Shown: positions 38,829-47,678, counted from the first letter of the stretch. The stretch is 64,000 nt of DNA from an uncultured Gemmatimonadales bacterium (GCA_963728915.1 CAVSLV010000001.1:256001-320000); one strand, 5' to 3'. Numbers and translations: made by a program. Notes: generated from the sequence alone by a model not told the origin.

Positions 38829-40409
38829 GTGGATCTGGCCCGCTACACCGCGCTCTTTCTCTCCGAAAGCCGGGATCATCTCCAGCGCTGCAATGAGCTG
38901 CTCCTCGGGTGGGAGCGGGCTCCCGGCGGCGATTTTCCAACCGACGAGTTGTTCCGTGCCTTCCACTCCGTAAAGGGCTCATCGGCCGCGCTCGGATTCG
39001 AGGTGCTGGCCGAGCTGGCCCATGCCGGAGAGCAGGTTCTCGGTGCGCTCCGTGACGGATATCTGGTCCCGGCCCGCGACCTGGTGAACCTCCTCTTCAA
39101 GGGCCTGGATGGATTGAGCGAGGCGGTCGAGATGATCGGGCGGGGTGAGCCGCCGGTGATTTCGCCGACGATGCTGCTCGAATTGAAGGCCGCGATCCCC
39201 AAGGTCACCGAGCCTTCGACCCCGGGCGTGGAGCGTCGGGCCCGGCGCCGCGCGCCCCGGGCGCTCGACGAGGGTGCCAAGGCTGTGGTGGTGCCCATCC
39301 GCCAGGTGCGGGTCAACCTCGACCGGCTGGATGCCCTGGTGAATCAGGTCAACGAGCTCGTGGTCGCGCGGAATCGGCTGGCCGAGATTGCCGACCGCGA
39401 GATCGGCTCCGAGCTCGAGCAGGTGAGCTCCCATCTCGCCAGTCTGGTCGGCCGGTTGCATTCCACGGTGATCTCGGCGCGCCTCGCTCCGGTGGAGGAG
39501 CTGTTTTCCCGCTTCCCCCGGGTCGTGCGTGATCTGGCCCGCGAGCTGGGGAAGGAAATCCGGCTGGTGCTTCAGGGCGCCGAGATCGAGGTCGATCGTG
39601 CGGTGCTCGATGGCCTCGCCGATCCGGTCACCCACCTGGTACGGAACGCCGCCGATCACGGCCTCGAGCTTCCCGCCGAGCGGACCGCCGCGGGTAAGCC
39701 GCTGGAGGGCACCATTCGACTCCGGGCCGAGCGCACCGCTGAAGAGGTCGTCCTCGTGGTGGCGGATGACGGGCGGGGGATCGACCGGAGCGCGATCCGC
39801 CGCCGGGCCATCGAGCTGGGATTCCTTCAGGAAGATTCCCCCCTGCCCGATGCGGCCGGTCTGCTTCACTTGCTCGCCCATGCCGGTTTCACCACCCGGG
39901 CCGAAGTCACCCGGGTATCCGGCCGTGGGGTGGGGATCGATGCGGTGGTGGAGCGGGTTCGCGAGCTGGGCGGACGAATCGAACTCAAGACCCGTCCGGG
40001 CCAGAGCTCGGTCTTTCTGCTCCGGCTGCCCGCCAGCCGCGCGCTGCTCGGGGTCATCGTGGTGCGGTCGGGAGCGGAGCGCTATGCAATTCCGTTCAGC
40101 ATGCTTTCGGAAGCAGCGATGCACGAGGGGAACGGGCGCGAGATTAACTTACGAGGCGAGCCGGTGCCCACCGCCGACCTGGGACGTTTGATGGGCTCCG
40201 GGGAAGCGAGCGGCGGGCGGCGGCCCGCGCTGATCGTGGAGCGCGAGGGCCGGCGGGCCGCCCTGGTGGTGGACGCCTTGCTCGGTCAGCAGGACGTGGT
40301 GCTCGAACAATTCGTGGCGCCGGCCGGACTGCCCCCCTGGGTGAGCGGCGCGGCGATCCTGTCGGACGGTGCGCCGGCGTTGCTCCTCGATCCGGCCGCC
40401 CTCTTCTAG
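38829..40409 (+). CDS. cheA: Compact CheA histidine kinase (P1, P3, P4, P5; no evident P2)
   Basis: LFRAFHSVKG Hpt, VRVNLDRLDALVN, HLVRNAADHG, DDGRGID, SGRGVG, C-terminal CheW-like domain. Confidence 0.93.
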   Translation: MDLARYTALFLSESRDHLQRCNELLLGWERAPGGDFPTDELFRAFHSVKGSSAALGFEVLAELAHAGEQVLGALRDGYLVPARDLVNLLFKGLDGLSEAVEMIGRGEPPVISPTMLLELKAAIPKVTEPSTPGVERRARRRAPRALDEGAKAVVVPIRQVRVNLDRLDALVNQVNELVVARNRLAEIADREIGSELEQVSSHLASLVGRLHSTVISARLAPVEELFSRFPRVVRDLARELGKEIRLVLQGAEIEVDRAVLDGLADPVTHLVRNAADHGLELPAERTAAGKPLEGTIRLRAERTAEEVVLVVADDGRGIDRSAIRRRAIELGFLQEDSPLPDAAGLLHLLAHAGFTTRAEVTRVSGRGVGIDAVVERVRELGGRIELKTRPGQSSVFLLRLPASRALLGVIVVRSGAERYAIPFSMLSEAAMHEGNGREINLRGEPVPTADLGRLMGSGEASGGRRPALIVEREGRRAALVVDALLGQQDVVLEQFVAPAGLPPWVSGAAILSDGAPALLLDPAALF

Positions 40410-40421
40410 CGAGGAAGACCT

Positions 40422-41045
40422 ATGGGTGCGCGGAGCCTTTCGCCGCTGGAGCGCGACGCGCTCCGGGAAGTGGCCAGCATCGGCGCGGGCCATGCCGCGA
40501 CGGCGCTGTCCCAGATGACCGGCGCCCGCATCATGATCAAGGTGCCGGAGGTGGCCCTGCTTCCGGTGGAGCGGCTCCACGACCTGCTGGGGCCGGGGTC
40601 GGGGCGGGTCGCCACCGTGATGATGCGGGTTATGGGCGATTTCACCGGCACCACCGTGGTGGCCGTGGATGCCGGCGTGGCCCACGCGCTCTGCGGCATG
40701 CTGCTCCGACGCCCCGCGGTGCCTTCCGAGGCCGCTTTCGACGCGATGGAGGAGTCCACCCTCAAGGAAACCGGGAATATCCTCTGTTCGGCCTATCTCA
40801 ACGCCCTCTCGGATTTCCTCGGATTGATGCTGCTTCCCTCGGTCCCTTCCCTCGCGGTGGACAGCGTGGAATCCGCGCTCGATCCTTCGGTGCTGCGGGC
40901 TCAGGGTACCCATCACCCCGCGTTCGCCGTGGAGACCGCGTTCCGGATCGAGGGCTCCGATCTGTCCCAGACCGCGCAATTCCTCCTGCTCCCCGATCCC
41001 GCCGCGCTGGAAGTGATCTTCAACGCGATCCAGCTCGCCAGCTGA
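40422..41045 (+). CDS. cheC: CheY-P phosphatase CheC
   Basis: DALREVASIGAGHAATALS and STLKETGNIL...(22 residues)...P CheC repeats. Confidence 0.9.
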   Translation: MGARSLSPLERDALREVASIGAGHAATALSQMTGARIMIKVPEVALLPVERLHDLLGPGSGRVATVMMRVMGDFTGTTVVAVDAGVAHALCGMLLRRPAVPSEAAFDAMEESTLKETGNILCSAYLNALSDFLGLMLLPSVPSLAVDSVESALDPSVLRAQGTHHPAFAVETAFRIEGSDLSQTAQFLLLPDPAALEVIFNAIQLAS

Positions 41046-41048
41046 ACG

Positions 41049-41837
41049 ATGTCCCCGGTCGGCGACATCGCGGCCATGCAGCGCACACTGGAGCGGGACC
41101 CGGGCAGCCTGGTGTTCCTGTCGCTGGGAGAAACCCATCGCCGGCAGGGCGAGCTCGACGCCGCCCTCACCGTCGCCCAGCGGGGCGTGAGCTGGTATCC
41201 CGAGATGGCGGGGGCCTGGGACCTGCTCGCCCGGATCCGAAGCGACCGGGGCGAGGGCGACCTGGCCTTCGAGGCCTGGACCACGGTGCTGCGGCTCGAT
41301 CCCGAGCACGCCGGCGCCCACAAGGGCATGGCCTTCCTCGCCTTTCGCGCCGGCGAGCTGGACCGGAGCCTCCGCTATCTCCGCCGGGCGATCGAGCTTG
41401 CTCCGGAGGACCAGAGCCTCCAGCAGGTCTTCGAGCGGGTCGGCCGGGACGCCCAGGCCAGAACAGTCGAGAGCTTCGAGCGAGTGTCCCCGCTGGCCGC
41501 GCCAACCTGGACCGGCCATGCGCTGCTCACCGGGGTGAAGGGCGAGCTGCTCGAGGGCTCCCTCCGCGGGGCCGAAGGACTCCTCCCCATGGATGCGGTC
41601 ACCCCGGCGCTCGGAGGGCTCTCCCGCGACGCCGAACGCACCACCCGACTCCTGGGACTGGGACCGTGGCAACGGATTTCCCTGGGAGGCGAGGCCCACT
41701 CGCTGGAAATCCGGAGCCCGACCATCGATTCGCTGCTGGTGATGACCCGTCCGTCCGGGATCGCTCCTCCCGATCTCGAAACCGAAGCGAACCGCCTTGC
41801 CGTCGCCATGCGGCACTGGCTCGAGGCGCTGCGGTGA
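41049..41837 (+). CDS. TPR protein with C-terminal roadblock/LC7-like domain
   Basis: N-terminal TPRs (FLSLGETHRRQGELDAA, AHKGMAFLAFRAGE); C-terminus ALLTGVKGELL...RLLGLGPWQRISL resembles a roadblock fold. Confidence 0.7.
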   Translation: MSPVGDIAAMQRTLERDPGSLVFLSLGETHRRQGELDAALTVAQRGVSWYPEMAGAWDLLARIRSDRGEGDLAFEAWTTVLRLDPEHAGAHKGMAFLAFRAGELDRSLRYLRRAIELAPEDQSLQQVFERVGRDAQARTVESFERVSPLAAPTWTGHALLTGVKGELLEGSLRGAEGLLPMDAVTPALGGLSRDAERTTRLLGLGPWQRISLGGEAHSLEIRSPTIDSLLVMTRPSGIAPPDLETEANRLAVAMRHWLEALR

Positions 41838-42178
41838 ACCTCCAGGAAATGCTGGAGCCGCTCCGGAATGCCCGCGGGTTACGCGGAGTGCTGCTCGCTT
41901 CCCGGGAAGACGGGCTGGTGGTGAGCAGCGCCCTCCACCCCGGGGTGAATGGCGCCGCCGTCGCCGCGCTTTCCGCCAGCCTGGCCCGCCGCATCGTGAC
42001 CCTGACCCGGGCGCTGGGTCAGCCCGACCCGCCCTGTTTCGAGCTGACCGGAACCGAGGGGAGCCTGGTGGCCGCCCCCACGCCCGGCAATCTCCTGCTC
42101 GTGGCGGTGACTTCCCGCGAGGCCGATCGCGAATCGCTGCAACGCGAGCTCATCGATCTGGCCGGCGAGGTGGGCTGA
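41834..42178 (+). CDS. Roadblock/LC7 domain protein
   Basis: GLRGVLLASREDGLVV, AVAALSASL, LLLVAVT. Confidence 0.85.
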   Translation: MNLQEMLEPLRNARGLRGVLLASREDGLVVSSALHPGVNGAAVAALSASLARRIVTLTRALGQPDPPCFELTGTEGSLVAAPTPGNLLLVAVTSREADRESLQRELIDLAGEVG

Positions 42179-42645
42179 TGCGTTCGGTCGAGCCCTGGGT
42201 CGAGGCGCCGCTCGCGAGCTTCCTGCGGGAGTCGGAGGCGAGGCTCGTGGTGCTGCTGACCCGCTCGGGCCAGGTTGTCGCGCAGCACGGGTTCGAGCGC
42301 TCCGGCGAGCTCATGGCGGCGGCTTCTCTGGCGGCCGGGATCATGGCCGCGGCCGGCGAGCTGTGCCGGCTTCTCGAGACGGCGACCTCCCGGGAGCTGG
42401 CGTACGAAGGGGGCGAGCTGGGCATCTACCTTGCTGCGATCGAGCTTCCGGGGCGCACCTGGACGGCACTCGTGGCATACGGCAAGGAAACCTCGCTGGG
42501 TCTGGTCCAGCTCTTCTTCGCGGAGCTGGCGACCGAGCTGGTCCGTAACGCACCTCCTCCCCCGGCCGAGGGATTTCCCGCGGTGCTCGATCGCGACTTC
42601 GAGTCCGAGCTCGATCGGAATCTGCGGGCGCTGTTCGGGCGCTGA
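42178..42645 (+). CDS. mglB: MglB-like roadblock protein
   Basis: FLRESEARLVVLLTRSGQVVAQHG, AASLAAGIMAA, TSLGLVQL; immediately upstream of the mglA homologue. Confidence 0.75.
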   Translation: MRSVEPWVEAPLASFLRESEARLVVLLTRSGQVVAQHGFERSGELMAAASLAAGIMAAAGELCRLLETATSRELAYEGGELGIYLAAIELPGRTWTALVAYGKETSLGLVQLFFAELATELVRNAPPPPAEGFPAVLDRDFESELDRNLRALFGR

Positions 42646-42649
42646 CCCC

Positions 42650-43186
42650 ATGGCGCACCTCAATCGGACCACGCGAGAGCTGACCTGCACCGCGGTGTAC
42701 TGCGGTCCCCCGGCGTCGGGAAAGTCGTCCACCCTGGCATACCTGGGCGGGCGAGCGCGTGAGGCCCAACGGTTCCGGCCCTCCTGGAGCGGGCCCGACG
42801 TCCTGGCCCTCGACCTGGGTACGGTCTCCGGCTTCGCGGTCCGCTTCCAGATTTACGCGATCGCAGGAGAAACCTCCACGGAGACCCGCCAGCTGATGCT
42901 CAACGGGGCGGACGGCGTCGTCTTCGTGGCGGACAGCCAGGCGATCCGATTCGACGAGAATCGCAGCGAACTCCGTTCCCTCGAAGGGCGGCTGGAACGG
43001 GAGCTGCCCCTGGTCATGCAGTACAACAAGCAGGATCTGCCCCGCGAGCTGCTCCTGCCGGTGGAACAGATGGCGGCCGCCCTGGCGCCCTCCCACCCGG
43101 GACTTCCCTCCGATGCGCTCCACGGCGCCGGGGTGTTCGAGACCTTCACCGTGCTGTCCAATCTCGTGCTCGCCCGGTTCGCATGA
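42650..43186 (+). CDS. mglA: MglA-like small GTPase with degenerate switch regions
   Basis: HLNRTTRELTCTAVYCGPPASGKSS, LNGADGVVFVADSQ, QYNKQDLP and GAGVFETF align to MglA. Confidence 0.82.
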   Translation: MAHLNRTTRELTCTAVYCGPPASGKSSTLAYLGGRAREAQRFRPSWSGPDVLALDLGTVSGFAVRFQIYAIAGETSTETRQLMLNGADGVVFVADSQAIRFDENRSELRSLEGRLERELPLVMQYNKQDLPRELLLPVEQMAAALAPSHPGLPSDALHGAGVFETFTVLSNLVLARFA

Positions 43187-45111
43187 ACGACTTCGAAGCC
43201 CTCGCGCTCGACGAGACCAATCGCCCCGCCGCGACCGCTGGCCAGGCGGTGGCCGAGGCGCGCCGCCCGCCCTTCGCGCCGCTGGTGGTCACCGGGTCTC
43301 GCGAGGGAGCCGGCAGCGAGCTTCTCTCCGCCATCGTTTCGGCGGCCCGGCAGCTCCGTCCCGAGGAACGGATCACCCATCTCGCCATCGGTGCCCTGGC
43401 CGAACGCCAGCGCGAAGCCCTCCTGGCGGGCCGATCCGACGAGCTCCGTGAGGAGCTGATCGGCGCCGATCTCCTGGTGATCGATGGGCTCGAGTCGCTG
43501 CCGTCGCATGCCGAGTCGCAGGGACTCCTGGCCGATCTGCTGGACGGACGGCGCAGTGGGGGGCGAGAGACGGTCATCGGCTCGGCGGTCAATCCGGCCG
43601 CGATCGCCGGACTCGACCCGAGGGTACTCCGCCGATTGCAGCAGGGAAAGGACGTGCTGGCGGTGTTCCCCGGGGAACCCGCCCGCCTGGCGTTGCTCCG
43701 GCGTCGGCAGAACGGGGACGGCACGACCCTTCCCGATCCGGTGCTCCGGGCTCTGGCCGATGCCAGGTTTCCCTCCCTGGGTGACTATTTCGGCGCCCTT
43801 TCCCGGCTGCTGGCCTTCCAGGAGGCGAGCCCGGTACCGCTCTCTCCCGAAGACGCGCTGCTGCTGGTCGGGGCCGGATCGGCAGAGCCGGAGCTGGAGG
43901 GAGCGGAACCTCGTCCGATCGCAGACGAGTTCTCGGCGTTTCTGAGCGATGTGACCGGTGAGCTGACCGGCCGCCTCGAAGGGTGGCGAGCCCGGGTGGG
44001 CGAGGCGATCACCCGGTGGAGCGGAAAAGGGCTCCGGACCCATGCGCTGGAAGCCCTGCTCGAGGAAGAGCCTCGCGGAGATCCCGACGCCGCGGTGCGC
44101 GCCTTCGCGGCCGCGGCCGATGCGATACTCCAGCTTGCGGACGAAGCCGCGAGGCTGGCCCCGGATCTGGCGGGAGCGGAGGTATTTCGCGATCCGAGTC
44201 AGCTCTCGGCGGCCAGGCTTCTGGTGGAGGAGGCTCGCGGCGCGCTGCCGCTCTCGGCGCCCTTGCCGCACTTCCGCTGGGAGGACTTCGTGGAGGGGCC
44301 TGCGCTCCGGCTCACCATCCGGGCCGGCCGCGAGGTGCTCCGGGAGCCGGGGACCCGCTACACGCCCCTGGTGGTGACCGGTGGATCGGGGAGCGGCAAG
44401 AGCCATTTTCTCCACGGCCTGGGAAACGCCTTCGTGGCGCGCGGGTTAGGGCCGGTCGTCTGCCTGTCCGGGCCGGCCCTTGCGGCGGAGATCCGATCCT
44501 TGCCCGATCCCGCGGCCATCGCCGATTGGCGCGGACGCTACGGCTGGGTCGCCGCGTTCCTCCTCGACGATCTCCACCTGCTCGCCGGGGAGCTCAAGGC
44601 CCAGCAGGAGCTCGCGGCGCTGCTTGCCGAGCTGGGGGAAGGGAAGCGCCAGGCGGTGCTCGCCAGCCTGCGGCCCCTGGAGCAGCTTCCCGATTTCGAG
44701 CCCCGTCTCATGGCCTTGCTCCAGAACGGGCTCACGGTGGAGCTGCCGCCGCCCGATCGGGAGGTGCGGCTCGCCGTGATTCGCCGGCTCCTGGCGGGCG
44801 ATCCCGCGGCGGAGGATGCCGCCCTGGTCGACTATCTCGCCTCGCGTCCGGCCGATTCGGTGCGGGCGGTGCAGGTGGTGGTCCAGCGGGTGCTCGACGC
44901 CGCGGTGGCCCAGCAGGCGATGGCTTCCCCGCAGCTCGCCCGGGAGACCCTGGAATTCGGTCTGGGAAGTCTTCGCCGCCCCCGCCCGGCCGGGGCGGGG
45001 AGAATCAGCGGAGGCATTCCCGCGCCGGGGATCGGGCTGCTCAAGAGCGCCGAGAAGATGGTGAAGGCGTGGCCCCGTCCCGCCGAGCGCCTGATCGAGG
45101 AGCTGCGTTAG
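43183..45111 (+). CDS. Tandem DnaA/Hda-type AAA+ domain protein without a DNA-binding domain IV
   Basis: Two DnaA domain III-like units: PFAPLVVTGSREGAGSE...LLVIDG and RYTPLVVTGGSGSGKSH...FLLDD, PPDREVRLAVI. Confidence 0.8.
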   Translation: MNDFEALALDETNRPAATAGQAVAEARRPPFAPLVVTGSREGAGSELLSAIVSAARQLRPEERITHLAIGALAERQREALLAGRSDELREELIGADLLVIDGLESLPSHAESQGLLADLLDGRRSGGRETVIGSAVNPAAIAGLDPRVLRRLQQGKDVLAVFPGEPARLALLRRRQNGDGTTLPDPVLRALADARFPSLGDYFGALSRLLAFQEASPVPLSPEDALLLVGAGSAEPELEGAEPRPIADEFSAFLSDVTGELTGRLEGWRARVGEAITRWSGKGLRTHALEALLEEEPRGDPDAAVRAFAAAADAILQLADEAARLAPDLAGAEVFRDPSQLSAARLLVEEARGALPLSAPLPHFRWEDFVEGPALRLTIRAGREVLREPGTRYTPLVVTGGSGSGKSHFLHGLGNAFVARGLGPVVCLSGPALAAEIRSLPDPAAIADWRGRYGWVAAFLLDDLHLLAGELKAQQELAALLAELGEGKRQAVLASLRPLEQLPDFEPRLMALLQNGLTVELPPPDREVRLAVIRRLLAGDPAAEDAALVDYLASRPADSVRAVQVVVQRVLDAAVAQQAMASPQLARETLEFGLGSLRRPRPAGAGRISGGIPAPGIGLLKSAEKMVKAWPRPAERLIEELR

Positions 45112-45112
45112 C

Positions 45113-46729
45113 ATGGCGATCCGGGGCAGTCTCAAGGAAGCCAGCCTGGCTGACGTGATCCAGCTGCTCTTTCTGGGCCGGCGTTCCGGATGTCTCTCGG
45201 TGGCCGACCGGCAGCGCCACGGCTCGATCTACTTCGAGGATGGCTGGATCACCTACGCCACCATCGTGAACCGGAGAGATCGCCTGGGGGATATGCTGCT
45301 GGCCAGCGGGACCATCACCCGCCAGCAGCTCGATCAAGCGCTGGCGCTCCAGGCGACGGCCCCCTCCCGTCGGATCGGGGACCTGTTCCTCGACATGGGA
45401 CTCATCTCCCCAACCGAGCTGCGCCGCCACATCCGGACCCAGATCGAGGAAGCGGTCTATTTCCTGTTCGCCTGGACCTCGGGCACCTTCGTCTTCGAGC
45501 CGGATGTGCGGCCCGACATGAGCGAGGCGCTTCACCGCATCAACCCCGAATCGGTTCTGCTCGAAGCGGCCCGCCGGGTCGACGAATGGAGTCTGATCGA
45601 GGCCCGGATCCCGAGCTTCGATCTGATCTTCTCGGTGCTTCCCGAGCAGCTGGCCAGCCATCAATCCGCCTTTACCGAGGCGCAACGGCGTCTGCTCCCG
45701 CTGATCGACGGGAAGCGCGATGTGCGCGACCTGATCGACGCGTCGGGGCTCTCGGAATTCGAAGCGGCCCAGGCGCTGTTCGGCCTGGTCTCGGCGGGGC
45801 TGGCGCACAAGGCGGGCACGTCGGCGACCGGCGCCACGACCCGGGTGCTGGAGGGACGGATCGAAGAACACCGGAACCTGGGTGTGGCGTTCTATCGAAG
45901 TGGAATGTTCGAGGAAGCCCGCCGGGAATTTCGCCGGGTGGCCGAGCTCCGTCCTTCCGAGGGCTCCGCGCCGTTTCACCTCGGCCTGATCGCCGCGAGG
46001 CAGGGAAGCTGGGCTGATGCGGCCGACGCGTTTCGGCAGGCGATCGATCGGAGCGGGCCCCGGCCGGCGTTGCTGCTCGATCTGGCGCTGGCGCTCGAGC
46101 ACCTGGGGCAGCTCGATCAGGCCGAGGCGATTCTCGCCGAAGCCTCGTCCCGGGGAGGCGACGATCCCCGGATTCAGACCGGCTGGGGGGTGCTGGCGCT
46201 GGAGCGGGGCGAGCCCCTGGTGGCCCGCCAGCGGCTTCAGCGCGCGCGCGAGCTGTACGCCGAGGCTCCTCCTCCGGCGATCTGGTACTGGGCTGCGGCC
46301 CGCTCGACCGCCGAGGCGGAGGATCCGGAGACCGCCGCGGCGCTGGCCCGCGAAGGGGTGGATCGCTATCCGGCCGACGCCGTGCTGCGTAACACGCTGG
46401 CGGTGCTCCTGGAAGCGACCGGGCAGGTCGCCGAGGCGGAGGCCCAGCTCACCGAAGCGCTCTCCGACGATGCCGGGATTCCGCAGGTGTGCAAGAACCT
46501 GGGCGACCTCTGCTACCGGTCCGGTCGGTACGAGGAAGCGGCGGGACACTACGCGCGGGCCGTTGCGCTGGGCCCCGAGCTGGGCGATGACGTGTACTTC
46601 AAGCTGGGCAACCTGGCATTCCGGAACCGGGACCTTGCCCGTGCCCGGCAGTGCTGGGAACGCTCGCTGGAGCTCAATCCGACCCACCAGCTCGCCCGGG
46701 CCAATCTGGCCTCGCTCCCCCCGACGTGA
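45113..46729 (+). CDS. DUF4388 (PatA-N-like) protein with MshEN-like motifs and C-terminal TPRs
   Basis: AIRGSLKEASLADVIQLL...GSIYFEDG, RLGDMLLASG/RIGDLFLDMG, LFAWTSGTFVF, LLEAARRVDEW, many TPRs. Confidence 0.85.
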   Translation: MAIRGSLKEASLADVIQLLFLGRRSGCLSVADRQRHGSIYFEDGWITYATIVNRRDRLGDMLLASGTITRQQLDQALALQATAPSRRIGDLFLDMGLISPTELRRHIRTQIEEAVYFLFAWTSGTFVFEPDVRPDMSEALHRINPESVLLEAARRVDEWSLIEARIPSFDLIFSVLPEQLASHQSAFTEAQRRLLPLIDGKRDVRDLIDASGLSEFEAAQALFGLVSAGLAHKAGTSATGATTRVLEGRIEEHRNLGVAFYRSGMFEEARREFRRVAELRPSEGSAPFHLGLIAARQGSWADAADAFRQAIDRSGPRPALLLDLALALEHLGQLDQAEAILAEASSRGGDDPRIQTGWGVLALERGEPLVARQRLQRARELYAEAPPPAIWYWAAARSTAEAEDPETAAALAREGVDRYPADAVLRNTLAVLLEATGQVAEAEAQLTEALSDDAGIPQVCKNLGDLCYRSGRYEEAAGHYARAVALGPELGDDVYFKLGNLAFRNRDLARARQCWERSLELNPTHQLARANLASLPPT

Positions 46730-46808
46730 TGAATACGTCATCTCCCGGGCGCGTGGCCGATCGCCTGACCCCGGTGGATCCGAGCCACCGCATCGATCGG
46801 AAGGTCGC

Positions 46809-47678
46809 ATGACCAAGCGACCTTCCCTCGACCCCACGCTGGCGGAGCTCCAGGCGGAGTTCAACCGCATCTCGGCGCTTCTGAGCCAGGGCGATGCCGG
46901 TTCCCGCGAAGAAGCCAAGCAGCGGATCGTCAAGCTGTTCCGCCGGGTCGATGCGGCCTTGGCGGATTTCTCCCGGCTCAAGGAGAACATCCGCGGGCTG
47001 GTGGACCGGTATCATCAGTCGGGGCCGCAGACCGCCAGCCGGGGCCCCGATCCCGCCCCCCTGGTCCGGGATGACCTGGGAGCGTCCACCTTCATTGAAA
47101 AAGGCTGGAGCCTCATCGCGCTGGGCGATTCCGGTGGCGCCATGCAGGCCCTGGAGCGGGCGCTCGAGCTTTCTCCCGGAAATTCCCAGGCGCTCACCCT
47201 GCTGGGGTGGGCCGAGATGCTGGCGGAGCGCCTCGACGATGCCCTGTCGACCTTCTCCCAGGTGCTCGCCCGGGAGCCCGACAACGCACTGGCGCGGGTC
47301 AATGTCGGTTATATCTGTCTCAAGAAGCGGATTTTCGGGGAGGCGATCGAGCACCTGTCCCGCGTGCTCCGGTTGCCTAACGATCCGCGGGCCACCCTGT
47401 ATGCCCACTACTATTTGGGGCTGGTGTACCTGGAGCGCGGCATGTATGCCGACGCAAAGGCGTTTCTGGAGAAAGCGATCGGTCTCGGTCCCAATCTGAT
47501 CGAGGCCTACTACGACATGGGTCGAGCTCAGTGGCTGCTCGGATTGAAGGAAGACGCGAAGGAAACCTGGCGGCGGGGAGTGGCCGCCAATCGGTTTGCG
47601 CCGTGGGCCGCCCGCTGCCAGGAACTCCTCGATCATACCGCCCAGGGAGGAGAAGTCCCGCGCTCGCTCTTCTCCTGA
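46809..47678 (+). CDS. TPR-repeat protein with N-terminal helical region
   Basis: ATG after GAAGG RBS; TPRs such as ARVNVGYICLKK, AHYYLGLVYLERG, AYYDMGRAQW. Confidence 0.85.
   Translation: MTKRPSLDPTLAELQAEFNRISALLSQGDAGSREEAKQRIVKLFRRVDAALADFSRLKENIRGLVDRYHQSGPQTASRGPDPAPLVRDDLGASTFIEKGWSLIALGDSGGAMQALERALELSPGNSQALTLLGWAEMLAERLDDALSTFSQVLAREPDNALARVNVGYICLKKRIFGEAIEHLSRVLRLPNDPRATLYAHYYLGLVYLERGMYADAKAFLEKAIGLGPNLIEAYYDMGRAQWLLGLKEDAKETWRRGVAANRFAPWAARCQELLDHTAQGGEVPRSLFS

Noticed and set aside
43183..45111. Calling this gene the replication initiator dnaA or the region oriC
   Set aside because: No domain I or IV, no dnaN/gyrB neighbours, and no DnaA-box cluster or AT-rich unwinding element seen.
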